A DNA stretch of 64,000 bases from an uncultured bacterium (GCA_963997925.1 CAXEOX010000002.1:8586-72585); one strand, 5' to 3'. Shown: positions 22,993 through 33,817, counted from the first letter of the stretch. Notes: a model not told the origin generated them from the sequence alone. Program-made: numbers and translations.

Positions 22993-24750
22993 CTACCGCC
23001 CCATCGCGTATCCGTCCCGCCGGAGATCAGCGCCGGCGGATAGGGTGCCCCGCTCCCGGTCCACTTTGATGGCGCTTAGACTTCCCATCCGTGCAGTCCA
23101 ATCGTCCCATACTTCTACCTTGTGGCCGCGCCGGTTCAACTCCGCGACCGTTGATGGGTCGATTCGGCCCTCGACTCCCACCAATCCTGGGTGGTAGGCA
23201 TGGGGCCAGAAGGAGTTGGGGAAGCTCCAAGCGGAGACGCGAGGCGCTTCGATGGCTTGCTGGGGGTCCATGCCAAACTCGGCTACGTTCAGGAACAATT
23301 GCACCATAGACTGGCACTGTACGTCGCCGCCCGGCGTTCCAAATGGCATCAATACCTGACCGTCGCGCATCGCCAAAGCAGGATTGGGGGTTAGCCTGGG
23401 CCGCTTGCCAGGAGCCACGGAGCAGGGGTGATCCGCGTCCAGCCAGCTTTGGGAGCCTCGGGGCGAGATAACAAATCCCAGCCCGGTGGCTACCGGAGCG
23501 CCGCCGATACCGTCGCTGGGAGTGGCGGAGAAAGCGTTGCCTTGGCGGTCGACCACGGAGATGTAGCTTGTGTCGGCTTCCAGTCTGCCGCCCACCGGCT
23601 CCGGCTTGGCCGCGCCTCGTCCCGCCGGTCTACCGCTCTGGTGACGCCAAGGGTCGCCCGGTTCAGGCATCTCGGGTGTTGCCCGGTTAGGGTCGATGGC
23701 CCGGCGACGCTCATCGGCAAAGGCCTTGGATGTCAGGCCCTCCATGGGAACGTCAATGAAATCCGGATCGCCGTAGAAATGATGCCGGTCGGCGAAGGAC
23801 AGCTTCAGGGCTTCTAGGACGGTGTGGATGTAGTCAACGCTGTTGTGGCCCATGGCCTGCAAGTCGCAGCCTTCCAGAATCTGAAGGGCTTCGATGGAAA
23901 CTGGACCCTGGCACCAGGGGCCGCAGGTGTATACGTCGATGCCTTTGTAGCTGCCGGCCGCGGGTTTATCCACACCCACGTGGAAGGCAGCCAGGTCCTC
24001 CATGGTGAGAAGACCGCCTTGGTCCTGAACGAACCGGACCATCTCCTCGGCAATCTCGCCGTGGTAGAAGAAGTCCCGTGCTGCCCGGAGAGCCTTGTCC
24101 CGGCCCCCGGAAAGGTTGTCCCGCTCGACTTGGATCAGACGGCGGAAAGTCCCGGCCAGTTCCTTCTGGACCAGAAGTGCTCCCGTCTCCAACACCTTTC
24201 CGCCGGGGAAAAACACGTCCCGGGTGGACTGCCATTTCTGGTTGTCCCCGTCGTAGTGCTCCAGGCCGCCACCGGCGCCAATCAAAGCACGGTGCAATGT
24301 GTCGGGTATCGGGAATCCGCCCTCGGCCAACTCCAGAGCCGGAGTTACAACCTGCTCGAAGGTCATGGTGCCGTATAGCTTCAGGGCCGTTAGCCAGCCG
24401 TCCGCCGCTGCGGGTGTCACGGTGCGGAGAACGCCCACCGGTATCTCTCCGCCGCAGTTCTGGTTGAAGTAGTCGATGCTTGCGGCGGCGGGCCACCGGC
24501 CCAAGCCGCTAATCTCCACGGTGTCTTGCTTCTGGGCGTCGTGGATGATTATCGGAGCGACGCCGCCAAAGCTGGTGTACTGGGGCAGAACGACGTTGAT
24601 GACGATACCCGCAGCCACTCCGGCGTCGGTGGCGTTGCCACCCTGTTCCAGGATGCGGTATCCCGCCGCCGTGGCCAGGTAGTGACCGGTCGACACCATG
24701 TGAGTGGTTCCGGTGATTAAAGGCCTATAAGTTCTTATTCCTGTCGCCAC
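22993..24750 (-). CDS. ggt: Gamma-glutamyltransferase
   Basis: HMVSTGHYLATAAGYRILEQGGNATDAGVAAG at the N-terminus. The autoprocessing/nucleophile region is ADTSYISVVDRQGNAFSATPS, followed by FGTPGGD. Confidence 0.92.
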   Translation of the reverse strand: MATGIRTYRPLITGTTHMVSTGHYLATAAGYRILEQGGNATDAGVAAGIVINVVLPQYTSFGGVAPIIIHDAQKQDTVEISGLGRWPAAASIDYFNQNCGGEIPVGVLRTVTPAAADGWLTALKLYGTMTFEQVVTPALELAEGGFPIPDTLHRALIGAGGGLEHYDGDNQKWQSTRDVFFPGGKVLETGALLVQKELAGTFRRLIQVERDNLSGGRDKALRAARDFFYHGEIAEEMVRFVQDQGGLLTMEDLAAFHVGVDKPAAGSYKGIDVYTCGPWCQGPVSIEALQILEGCDLQAMGHNSVDYIHTVLEALKLSFADRHHFYGDPDFIDVPMEGLTSKAFADERRRAIDPNRATPEMPEPGDPWRHQSGRPAGRGAAKPEPVGGRLEADTSYISVVDRQGNAFSATPSDGIGGAPVATGLGFVISPRGSQSWLDADHPCSVAPGKRPRLTPNPALAMRDGQVLMPFGTPGGDVQCQSMVQLFLNVAEFGMDPQQAIEAPRVSAWSFPNSFWPHAYHPGLVGVEGRIDPSTVAELNRRGHKVEVWDDWTARMGSLSAIKVDRERGTLSAGADLRRDGYAMGR

Positions 24751-24894
24751 GTTCTACCTCCTGTTTCCCATCGCCGACGCTGAAGAGCAGTTTCGTTCTG
24801 GACTGCCTGTCTGTGCGGCTTGTATCCCGGCGAACTGGGTTGGAGGTATGTTAGCGGCGGGCTGATACCGGTGTCAATCGGCGGTTATGCAAGC

Positions 24895-26145
24895 CTATAC
24901 GAAGCCTCGCAGTTCAACGGCCCGGGCGACCCGCTCCACGCCGATATGAAATGCCGCTTGGCGGTGGGTGATGCCTTCGGTCTGGGCCTTCTCCCGTACT
25001 TCGCCGTAGGCCCGCGCCATAATCTTTATCAGCTCTTCGTTGACATGGCTTTCCTCCCAACGGAACTCCTGCAGGTTTTGGGTCCACTCGAAGTAGGAGA
25101 CGATGACCCCGCCGGCGTTGACCAGAATGTCCGGCATGACCCGGATCCCGCGTTCAGCCAATATGTCGTCGGCTTCCGGGGTTAGAGGATGGTTGGCTGC
25201 TTCTACGATCAGCTTGGTTTTCAGCTTAGGTGCGTTCTCCGCTGTTACCACGTTGCCGATGGCGGCGGGTACCAGAACATCACATTCCAATTCCAATAGC
25301 TCGGCATTGGTTACGTTATCTCCCCCGGCGAACCCGGGAACCACCCCAGACTGATTTTGATGTTCTAGTAATGCCGCTATGTCGAGTCCGTTGGAGTTGT
25401 ATACTCCGCCCTGAACCCCGCTCACTCCAACCACCTTGCAGCCATACTCCTGTAGCAACTTGGCGGTCCACGTACCCACGTTTCCGAAACCCTGAATCAC
25501 GATGCGAGCTCCGTCAGGGTTCATACCCATGTCGTTTGCCGCCTGGCTAATCAGGTAGGAGACACCTCGGCCGGTAGCGGCCTCTCTTCCCAGTGAGCCG
25601 CCAATCTCCACGGGTTTTCCGGTTACGCAAGCGGGCGAATGTCCGTGGATTTGGCCGTAAGCGTCCATCATCCAGGCCATGGTCTGAGAGTTGGTGCCCA
25701 TGTCGGGGGCCGGTATGTCCCGGTTAGGGGCCAACAGGTGCACGATATTTATCGTGTAACGGCGGGTGAGGCGGTTCAATTCTTCGTTGCTGAGTTCAGT
25801 AGGGTCAACCTGAACGCCCCCCTTTGCGCCGCCGAAAGGCAGGTTCATCAGGGCGGTCTTCCAAGTCATGAGGGCGGCTAATGCTCTGACCTCATCTTGG
25901 TCCGCTTCAGGATGGTACCGTACGCCGCCTTTGTACGGTCCACGAGCACCGTTGTGCTGGATGCGGAAACCGTTGTAAACGTTGATGTGGCCGTCGTCCA
26001 TTCGCACCGGCACCTGGACCTGAAGCTCGCGCCAAGGTCTTCGCAGCATCTCCCGGCGCCCTTCGGCCAGCCCCAGCCGTTCGGCGGCTTGGTCGAAAAA
26101 GAGGTTCACTTCCTCAAAGGGAGTCAATTTCTTAGCGGTAGCCAT
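24895..26145 (-). CDS. gdhA: Glutamate dehydrogenase (Glu/Leu/Phe/Val dehydrogenase family)
   Basis: GPYKGGVRYHP, WKTALMNLPFGGAKGG and IQGFGNVG Rossmann motifs; 416 aa. Confidence 0.93.
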   Translation of the reverse strand: MATAKKLTPFEEVNLFFDQAAERLGLAEGRREMLRRPWRELQVQVPVRMDDGHINVYNGFRIQHNGARGPYKGGVRYHPEADQDEVRALAALMTWKTALMNLPFGGAKGGVQVDPTELSNEELNRLTRRYTINIVHLLAPNRDIPAPDMGTNSQTMAWMMDAYGQIHGHSPACVTGKPVEIGGSLGREAATGRGVSYLISQAANDMGMNPDGARIVIQGFGNVGTWTAKLLQEYGCKVVGVSGVQGGVYNSNGLDIAALLEHQNQSGVVPGFAGGDNVTNAELLELECDVLVPAAIGNVVTAENAPKLKTKLIVEAANHPLTPEADDILAERGIRVMPDILVNAGGVIVSYFEWTQNLQEFRWEESHVNEELIKIMARAYGEVREKAQTEGITHRQAAFHIGVERVARAVELRGFV

Positions 26146-26449
26146 GGTCCACGCCTCCTATTTTCGGCATCGGCCGAAAAGGTGTGTGTCATCCGGTCTA
26201 CGGTTATATTTCAATCCTCTTGGAACGGGCAAAACCTGCGACAGCATACGAATGCTCGACCGATATAGATAAGATGCCTGTCCACCCGATAGGGTGTTAA
26301 GTTTACCGGAAAAGCGGACGAAGGTGCGCTTACATATGGGGGCTTAGTTCGGGCATATTTCCACGACTGTGCTAAAATTCCGAAGTCTCAGATGCACACG
26401 GTCCATCGGGGATCCGGCGATATATAGACTTGGAGGACAGGAGCGAAAC

Positions 26450-26797
26450 ATGCTGTTTGAGGTTGAGGTGGTTGCTGGAGAGAACAGCCCGATGGACTTG
26501 AACCGGGTGTTCGACCTGCTGTCCGAGCCACGCCCGATCCGCCGGGTTTTCACCGCCGATCGTATGGACGTGGACATCTGGTGTGAAGTGACGGGTTGGA
26601 GTGAAGCCGGTCAGTGCCCGGCTTATGCGGCGTTGTCGGAAGACTCCGGGGATGGCACGGTTCTGCTCATCTATGGTGGTGACGACGGTATCAGGTTGCG
26701 GCCAGTAGATTCCCAAGGGGAATGGGACCCGGCCAACGTTGAGCAATGGGGGGAGCCCTGCCTTATGTTGGGCATGGATGCTCCGGTGGAGGAATAG
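26450..26797 (+). CDS. Hypothetical protein (115 aa)
   Basis: The ATG at 26450 is preceded by GGAGGACAGGAG. An overlapping antisense ORF (26372-26824) looks less protein-like. No family recognised. Confidence 0.5.
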   Translation: MLFEVEVVAGENSPMDLNRVFDLLSEPRPIRRVFTADRMDVDIWCEVTGWSEAGQCPAYAALSEDSGDGTVLLIYGGDDGIRLRPVDSQGEWDPANVEQWGEPCLMLGMDAPVEE

Positions 26798-26848
26798 GCC
26801 TGGGGTCTCGAGCAGTTCGCCCAAGACCCCATTAAAGACGATTCTCGA

Positions 26849-27994
26849 CTATGCCTGCTTCGTGAACTCCGGCATGACATCCTTGGCGAAGCGGCTCAGT
26901 TGGTCTTTGTACATCTCCCAGGGCATGGCCTCGGGCCATTGGAGGATGACGTCCTCCAGCCCCGGATACCGCTCTTCCATCTCATGGAGGAACTTGATAC
27001 ATCCTTCCGGCTCTCCGCAGTACCAGACCTTCTGCTCGATTCCCTCTTCGATGGTCGGCGCTCGGGATGGCGCGCCCGGGGTGCCCCAGGCGCGGCCTTC
27101 TGAGTCGGTGTAGCGGACGAAGCCGAAGGGCGCGAACCACTTGTATCGTTCATCGTGGTAGGGCCGGACTTTGTCCATCGCTTCCCGCTCGCTGTCCCCC
27201 AGACAAAATCCGATGCCTAGAGCCATGTCCTGTCCCAACGAGAGATTTCGGCCTTCTTCCGCCGCAAAGTCCTTGTAGGTGTTGAAGAGTTGATTGACCA
27301 GCACGTCGCCGGTTAGAGCGACCACACCCTTGATTCCCTTTCTGGCGATGTACTCAAGGGTTCGGCCGCTGGCGACGGGCTGCCAAATCTCCACCGGCGT
27401 GTTGATTGGCTTGGGCACCATGGTGATGTCCTGCACTTCGTAACCCCGGAAAGGCACGTGAGCCGGGAGGGAATAATGCTTCCCTTCGTGGGTGAAGGAA
27501 TCTTCGTTGAAGCATTTGAAGATAATCTCCATCTGCTCTTCGAAAAGCTCCTTGTTGGCATCGTTATCGATGACTGGGGATCCGAAGGTTTCAACCTCTC
27601 GGGACTGATACCCTCTTCCAACTCCGAAAATCAACCTGCCTTTGGTCATGATGTCGGCCATGGCGTAGTCCTCGGCCAGACGGATGGGGTGCCAGTTGGG
27701 CACGACGTTGAAGCCGCTGCCAAACTTGAGCTGTTTGGTAATGCCTGCCAGATGAACGCCCTGTAATATCAGATTGGGGAAAACCTCGTAACCCTCCCGC
27801 TGGAAGTGGTGCTCGGCGGTCCACATGCAGTAATAGCCAAGCTCGTCCATATGCTTTGCCAGGTTCTCCGCATTGCCGTAGGCCTCTATAAGCTTCTCGT
27901 TCGGGTATCGCCGTTCGTCGGCGGGGGTGCCGTCTACACCGGGGTTTTCCAGGTCGATCTGGCCTACGTACAAGACCGAGAATCGCTTAATCAT
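26849..27994 (-). CDS. LLM-class flavin-dependent oxidoreductase (381 aa)
   Basis: CMWTAEHHFQREGYEVFPN, FGSGFNVVPNWHPIRLAEDYAMADIMTKGRLIFGVGRGY. Confidence 0.88.
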   Translation of the reverse strand: MIKRFSVLYVGQIDLENPGVDGTPADERRYPNEKLIEAYGNAENLAKHMDELGYYCMWTAEHHFQREGYEVFPNLILQGVHLAGITKQLKFGSGFNVVPNWHPIRLAEDYAMADIMTKGRLIFGVGRGYQSREVETFGSPVIDNDANKELFEEQMEIIFKCFNEDSFTHEGKHYSLPAHVPFRGYEVQDITMVPKPINTPVEIWQPVASGRTLEYIARKGIKGVVALTGDVLVNQLFNTYKDFAAEEGRNLSLGQDMALGIGFCLGDSEREAMDKVRPYHDERYKWFAPFGFVRYTDSEGRAWGTPGAPSRAPTIEEGIEQKVWYCGEPEGCIKFLHEMEERYPGLEDVILQWPEAMPWEMYKDQLSRFAKDVMPEFTKQA

Positions 27995-28149
27995 CGTTGC
28001 TGCTCCCTTCGCGTTGGTAGTCTCGCCGCAAGCCGGATGCCATGCGGCGGAATTTAAGCGTCAAACTTCCCCATGGAGGTTCCAGTGGGCGGAAATATTA
28101 TAGCATGGGACATCCGTTCGGCGGAGGCGGAAGCCGTCGTAGAGGGAAT

Positions 28150-30765
28150 TCAGGATGACCGCTTAGGTTCCCGGTGGGTCAGTAAGAGTAGAGAAGGCAA
28201 TACGAATAGAGCAGCGGCGGCGGCCATGAATATCATGGCGGCAGTTATCACGCCATAGGCGGAAAACAGGGGCATGGGAGCGAAGGCCATGACGGCGAAT
28301 CCGATGACACTGGACCCCGCCGACCCGGCCAAGGCAACCCCGGTTCCCGACGCCGCAGCCCGCAGCGCCTCCTCCGCACCCTGTCCGCGGCCAAGCTCTT
28401 CCCGGAAGCGTTGGGTCATGTGGATCGAGTAGTCGATACCCACCCCGATGGACACGGCGGCGATGGTGGCGGTGACGAAGTTAAGGCTGTAACCGGCGAC
28501 GTACATGAAGGCGTACAGCCAGGAAACCACTAGGCCAATGGGGATGATGGTGACCACCGCCAAGGTAACCGAACGCATCCAAAAGGCCAGCAGTATCAAG
28601 CATGCGGCCACTGCCACCGGGAGAGAAACGTTCAAGGCCCTGGTGGTCGCTTGCAGCGTGGCTTCTCGGGTGAAGGGCGAGCCGGTCAGTCCGACAAAGC
28701 TGATGCTGGGAACTTGGCGCATCGGATCCAGATCTTGCTCCAAGGCCTGCCGGGCGGACCCGATGTTGGCTTGTTGCCGGGACCCTAAAACTCCTACCAC
28801 CAATATGATTTCCTGCTCTCCGGATTGGGAAGGGTCGTAGTGCAAGGTTTCCCGTACCTGGATCGAGTCGTAGACCATGGTACTTTCGTTGAGGGGAACC
28901 CCATGTCGGACCATGTAATCAAAAGCGGCCTGTACCTGTCCTGGGCTGTCAGGGATCTGATCCCCGTTTTCGTCGGTTATGTCTACCCGGGACTTGGCTA
29001 ACACCTGGGAGCGGGCGTAAGGATTCTCGGTTACTCGAGACAGAAGTTGAAACAGGGTTCTGGCGTAGAGGGAAACCTGCCCGTCCTCGGCTTGCCCCAA
29101 TCTGCTATTTTCGCTCAACCGGTCCAGCAGGTCTCTTATAGCTGCTAGAGATTCCGGGGTTGTCAGGTCGCCACGGATGTAAATGACCGCCGGTTCTCCC
29201 GATAACGCCGCAGCGGTGTGCTGGTCCAGTTTGTCGAGGCCGATTACCAGGTCCGATTCGGAATCGAAGAAGTCCTTAACGTCTAGGTTGGGCTCCAATT
29301 GGAAGGCCAGCAGCGTAGCAGCCGCGGTCAGGACTGCAGCGATGGGCAGCACGGCCCAGCGGTGGCGGGCCATCTCCAGAACCGCCCCGGCGATGGCAGC
29401 CGAAGCCAACCCTGTCGGTGGGGCGGACGTGCTGCCCGCTGATACCGGCTCTTGAGCATCGCCGAAAGCCCGGCCGTGTTGCGGGCTCGACTCTAATCTT
29501 CGCTGATCCAGCCGCATAATGACGAGAGGCAGGAACATCCCCATTATGACGTAGCTGGATAGAACCGCTATTCCCGCCCCGATGCCGAAGCCGATGACGG
29601 TTTCGATCCCAGATGTCAGGTTGGCCAGGAAGGCGATGCCATCGGAAAGCATAGCTAGGGTCAACGCCCCGATCACCCCGGTGAAGCCAGCCCGCAAGGC
29701 CAGAGACGGCTCAGCGACGCGGCGCGTTTCTTCTCTATACCGGGCTACCGCATGAATCAGGAAGTCGACTCCCAGTGAAATCATGGCTATGGGGACAATC
29801 AGGTCGAGAATCAAGGATGAACCCAAACCTACCAAGATAGTCAGTCCTTTCAGCCATACGAACAGCATCAATAAGCCCAGGAACGCAAGACCTGCGATAC
29901 CCAAAGACCGCAGGGTGACACCCACCACCACCAAGACCAGGACCACCGTCGCGGCGATGAACGGAATGGCTGTCTTACCCTGTTCTTGGGACACCAGGTT
30001 TACGTCCAGTGCCACGCCCCATAGCTGGTAGCTGGACTGTTCTGTCTGAAGAATCTCCCGTACCCTCCGGTTGAACCGCTCCTTGCCGAGAGTGACGTCG
30101 TCGCCGGTCAGGCTGATGGTCAATGGGCCGCCACCTAGCATCTCGTTGTCCGAGGCGACGAAGGCGGAGAAGGCTGCCGAACTCCAAGAATTTATCTCTT
30201 GGCCGTCGACAATCTTGGTCTGGAACGAGGCGTCTTTGGACAGGGAACCTCGCAGGGGCCTTCCCGTTGGGCTATCCAGGATGCGGGATATAGCTGCCTT
30301 CACCTGGTCATCGGTGGCTGTTTTCAGAGAAGTAGCGGTGCTCGGGTCTAGCAGAAATAGGTTCTGCACTGCGTCGGCGATGGTGTAGATGCCCAGGATC
30401 TGGCGTTCGCGGTCCGCATCGTAGCCGGAATACAACAAACTACCCAGGTCCGATGCGCGTAGCTTCCTTTCGTTCTGGTAAAGCTCCCACAGCGGCTGTT
30501 GGCGCAGGATGTCTCCCTGCGGGTCTTCAACGATGAAGGTGGTGACGTGGATCCGGGGAGGGAATCGCTGATTGACGGTCTCCAGCAGGTCGAACACCGG
30601 ACCGCCGGGGTCTTGCGATGCCGGGCCGGGTGGCGCCATGAAGACGATGGGCAGAGCAAAGAGGACCGTCAGCGCCAGCACGGTTCCGATGAACCAACCG
30701 GAGTGACGGAGGATGAAGTCGCTGGTCCTACTTGCAAGGACACTCTGGGATGAGGTGCTAAGCAC
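28150..30765 (-). CDS. MMPL/RND-superfamily exporter (871 aa)
   Basis: Two blocks of about 6 TM helices, each preceded by a large soluble loop. The duplicated motif is GVDFLIHAVARYREE / GIDYSIHMTQRFREE. GTG start. Confidence 0.85.
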   Translation of the reverse strand: MLSTSSQSVLASRTSDFILRHSGWFIGTVLALTVLFALPIVFMAPPGPASQDPGGPVFDLLETVNQRFPPRIHVTTFIVEDPQGDILRQQPLWELYQNERKLRASDLGSLLYSGYDADRERQILGIYTIADAVQNLFLLDPSTATSLKTATDDQVKAAISRILDSPTGRPLRGSLSKDASFQTKIVDGQEINSWSSAAFSAFVASDNEMLGGGPLTISLTGDDVTLGKERFNRRVREILQTEQSSYQLWGVALDVNLVSQEQGKTAIPFIAATVVLVLVVVGVTLRSLGIAGLAFLGLLMLFVWLKGLTILVGLGSSLILDLIVPIAMISLGVDFLIHAVARYREETRRVAEPSLALRAGFTGVIGALTLAMLSDGIAFLANLTSGIETVIGFGIGAGIAVLSSYVIMGMFLPLVIMRLDQRRLESSPQHGRAFGDAQEPVSAGSTSAPPTGLASAAIAGAVLEMARHRWAVLPIAAVLTAAATLLAFQLEPNLDVKDFFDSESDLVIGLDKLDQHTAAALSGEPAVIYIRGDLTTPESLAAIRDLLDRLSENSRLGQAEDGQVSLYARTLFQLLSRVTENPYARSQVLAKSRVDITDENGDQIPDSPGQVQAAFDYMVRHGVPLNESTMVYDSIQVRETLHYDPSQSGEQEIILVVGVLGSRQQANIGSARQALEQDLDPMRQVPSISFVGLTGSPFTREATLQATTRALNVSLPVAVAACLILLAFWMRSVTLAVVTIIPIGLVVSWLYAFMYVAGYSLNFVTATIAAVSIGVGIDYSIHMTQRFREELGRGQGAEEALRAAASGTGVALAGSAGSSVIGFAVMAFAPMPLFSAYGVITAAMIFMAAAAALFVLPSLLLLTHREPKRSS

Positions 30766-30797
30766 GATAGAGGAGAGTTCGCTGGTACTTCATTCGC

Positions 30798-32006
30798 CTA
30801 CTGCACCACGGCGCGGCGTACAAGGTCTTCAATATCGGCGGTGGTGTAGTCTAGTCCTGCCAACACCTCGGCTGTGTGCTGGCCGGTGACGGACCCGGCG
30901 TGGCGGACGCGTCCCGGCGTTTCCGACATATGGATCGGTATGCCCACCTGCTTCACCACTCCTTCCGGTATATTGGGAGTTTCTACTTCAATCAACATGC
31001 CCCGATGGGCCAACTGGGGGTCGGACAGGACCTCGTCCAGGGAGTAGACCTTGCCGACGGAGATGTCTTTGTCTTGCAAGAAATCGAACCATTCGTCACG
31101 AGTTTTGGTTCGGAAAGTCTGCTCCAGAAAGTCGGTGATTTCCTGCTTTTTATCTCCATCGGCAGCGCGGCTATCGGCCAAGTCTTCGCGGCCCAAGGCG
31201 GTGCAGAGGTTGCGCCAGAACCAGGGTTCGATGGCGGCGATGGTGAAGTGCTTGCCGTCCTTGGTTTCGTACACGTTGTAGTATGGAGCGCTCCCGTTCA
31301 GCGTGGTCGTCCCTCGGCCTGGGACAGTGCCTTGGGCCAACAAGTCGGAAATCATGCCGGCCAGCATGTAAAGAACACCCTCGGTCATCGCGATGTCCAG
31401 GTATTGGCCCCGCCCGGTTTTTTGCCGGGCCAGCAGGGCCGCCAGAACAGCAACTGCGCCGCAGAGTCCCCCACCGGCGTAGTCGGCCAGCAGGTTTAGG
31501 GGAATCGCCGGTTTTTGGTCCTCGGAGTGGCCGATCAACCCCAGCGCCCCTGCCAGGGAGATGTAGTTTATGTCATGCCCCACCATGTTGGCATAGGGGC
31601 CGTCCTGGCCGTAGCCGGAGATGGAGCAGTAGACGATTCGCGGGTTAATCTCAGAGATTTTTTGATAACCAACGCCTAACCGGTCGACCACTCCCGGCCG
31701 GAAGCCTTCGACCACAACATCCGCCGATTCGGCCAGCCGGTAGAACACATCCCTCGCCTCGGGCTCTTTAAGGTTCAGGGCGATGCTTTGCTTGTTCCGC
31801 TGCAAAGCGTTGTAGGCGGCGCGGCGCTGTTCGTCCTCCAGGCTTTTAACGCCGAAGAGGGACTCTTCATATTCCGCCCGGTCGCCGGTCATGGGTCGCT
31901 CCACCATTAGAACGTCGGCCCCCAGATCTCCCAGCACCATGGTGCAAAACATGCCGGGGGTGTTGCGGCAGAAATCCAGAACCTTGATACCTTCCAGGGC
32001 TAACAT
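30798..32006 (-). CDS. CaiB/BaiF family (class III) CoA-transferase
   Basis: LEGIKVLDFCRNTPGMFCTMVLGDLGADVLMVERP and GHDINYISLAG; 402 aa. Confidence 0.9.
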   Translation of the reverse strand: MLALEGIKVLDFCRNTPGMFCTMVLGDLGADVLMVERPMTGDRAEYEESLFGVKSLEDEQRRAAYNALQRNKQSIALNLKEPEARDVFYRLAESADVVVEGFRPGVVDRLGVGYQKISEINPRIVYCSISGYGQDGPYANMVGHDINYISLAGALGLIGHSEDQKPAIPLNLLADYAGGGLCGAVAVLAALLARQKTGRGQYLDIAMTEGVLYMLAGMISDLLAQGTVPGRGTTTLNGSAPYYNVYETKDGKHFTIAAIEPWFWRNLCTALGREDLADSRAADGDKKQEITDFLEQTFRTKTRDEWFDFLQDKDISVGKVYSLDEVLSDPQLAHRGMLIEVETPNIPEGVVKQVGIPIHMSETPGRVRHAGSVTGQHTAEVLAGLDYTTADIEDLVRRAVVQ

Positions 32007-32159
32007 AGATCGCCTCCCAGCCAGCCTCGCGCGCCGGTCAATTATAGACTATGGCCGGAGCTGCTGACCGGATAACCAGGTGCGCCGTGAGACGCAGGAA
32101 GCTATAATCTTGAGGCTATTATCGGGAAATAAATCGGCGGCGTTTTACAGGAGGTAACC

Positions 32160-32933
32160 ATGGATCTGGGGATAGAGGGCAAGGTAGCGATGATAACCGG
32201 GGGCAGCCGGGGGCTGGGCAGACAAGCGGCTCTTTCGCTGGCGAGGGAAGGCTGCAAGGTATCGATCTGCGCCCGGAGCCAGGAACAACTGGGCACTACG
32301 GTTGCTGAATTAACTAATCTGGGATACCAGGTTTACGGTACCGCAGCCGACGTTACATCAGAAGAGGATGCCGCCCGCTTTTACCAGGAAACTATCGATA
32401 ACTTGGGGCAACCCGACATCCTGGTTAACAACGTGGGAGGCCGCAAGGGCACTATATTTGAGGAGACCAGTCTGGAGCTATTCAAAGAGGGTCTGGAACT
32501 GAACCTATACAGTGCTTACCGGATGATTGCCTTGGTGCTTCCTCATATGAAGGACCAGAACTGGGGCCGCATCGTCAACATATCGTCGATCTATGGCCGG
32601 GAGCACGGCGGCAGCGTCGATTACATGGCGTCCAAGGCTGCGCTCATTGCTCTATCGAAGCACCTGGCATTACAACTGGCGCCGACCAACGTGCGGGTAA
32701 ACTCCATCGCCCCCGGGTCCATCGACTTCCCCGGAAGCTCTTGGGACCGGTTCCAACAGAACAACACTCCGGAAGTAGTTGCCGAGTTCATAACCCGCAA
32801 CTTGCCCGCGGGCAAATTTGGCTGGCCGGAACCCATCGGAGAGATGGTCGCCTTCCTGTCCTCGGACCGGGCAGACCTGGTCACCGGCACCTGCATCAAC
32901 GTGGACGGCGGACAGTCTAAATCGTTGTTTTAG
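32160..32933 (+). CDS. SDR-family oxidoreductase
   Basis: KVAMITGGSRGLG, NNVG, YMASK; AGGAGG lies upstream. Confidence 0.9.
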   Translation: MDLGIEGKVAMITGGSRGLGRQAALSLAREGCKVSICARSQEQLGTTVAELTNLGYQVYGTAADVTSEEDAARFYQETIDNLGQPDILVNNVGGRKGTIFEETSLELFKEGLELNLYSAYRMIALVLPHMKDQNWGRIVNISSIYGREHGGSVDYMASKAALIALSKHLALQLAPTNVRVNSIAPGSIDFPGSSWDRFQQNNTPEVVAEFITRNLPAGKFGWPEPIGEMVAFLSSDRADLVTGTCINVDGGQSKSLF

Positions 32934-33010
32934 AGCTATCAGCAGTCAGCCCCCACGCGGCCATGTCTGTTCTCCAGATTCGGGCTCCTGACCGCTGATA
33001 GCTGACCGCA

Positions 33011-33817
33011 CTATACGTGACTTAGCTTGCCGATAAACTCCCGCCAGGCCGTGACGCACTTGTCCGGGGCGGAGTGTTGGACGTAGCCGCTGGTGCCAGG
33101 AATCTCCACCAGGGTGCTATTGGGCAGAAGGTTTGCCATGCCCTGTGTACGGTCCGGCGTGTTGCCGGTGCTGGTCTCGGCGACCAGGATCAGGGTGGGG
33201 ATGTCGATCTTGGGCAGAATATCCGACAAGTCTTGAGTCGACAGGTAGGCCAGAGTTTCTAGCACCACCCTCTGGGAAGTCTGGGACATCTGGTCGATGT
33301 ACCACTGGTGATGGGCGGGGTCGGCGCTGGGATCTACGCGCCGCTCTCCGGTCTTCTTTGCCCAAGCGGCTACCCCTTCGTCCTGCACCAGTTTGTAGTA
33401 TTCCAGGTACGTCGCGACACCGGCGAACTTGTAGGGTGATGTGCAGACGGTTAGGGAATGGAGCCGGTCCGGGTGCTCGTGGGCGAACTGAAGGGAGATA
33501 GTGCCGCCCACCGTTTCGCCAACCAAGTGAATCTTCTCCAGACCAAGCCGGTCCAGTAGGCGCAACAGGTCGGTGCTGAAGTTGCTCAGCGACCAATCGT
33601 ACCCTTCCGGAGGGACGCTGGAGCGGCCGAAGCCCCGGGCGTCCAGCCGCACCACCCGGTACTGGCGGGCTAGAAGAGGCACCCAGGCGTACCACAACCG
33701 GGAGCTTTTCGCGTTACCGTGATGCAAAACCACCGCCTCCGGCGTACGCCAGGGATCGGTGTAATCGTCATCTTCGTAGTACATCTCCAGAGTTTTATCC
33801 AGCTTCGCCGTCGGCAT
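33011..33817 (-). CDS. Alpha/beta-fold hydrolase with an atypical nucleophile elbow (G-E-T-V-G)
   Basis: VVLHHGNAKSS...YRVVRLDARGFGRS...IHLVGETVGGTISLQFA...GYVQHSAP. The fold pattern is clear, but Thr (ACG) sits where Ser is expected. Confidence 0.8.
   Translation of the reverse strand: MPTAKLDKTLEMYYEDDDYTDPWRTPEAVVLHHGNAKSSRLWYAWVPLLARQYRVVRLDARGFGRSSVPPEGYDWSLSNFSTDLLRLLDRLGLEKIHLVGETVGGTISLQFAHEHPDRLHSLTVCTSPYKFAGVATYLEYYKLVQDEGVAAWAKKTGERRVDPSADPAHHQWYIDQMSQTSQRVVLETLAYLSTQDLSDILPKIDIPTLILVAETSTGNTPDRTQGMANLLPNSTLVEIPGTSGYVQHSAPDKCVTAWREFIGKLSHV

Noticed and set aside
26372-26824. 150-aa minus-strand ORF overlapping the hypothetical gene 26450-26797
   Set aside because: The plus-strand ORF has a strong GGAGGA...ATG context and an acidic, globular-looking sequence. 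The minus-strand product is Arg/Pro/His-rich. The choice remains uncertain.
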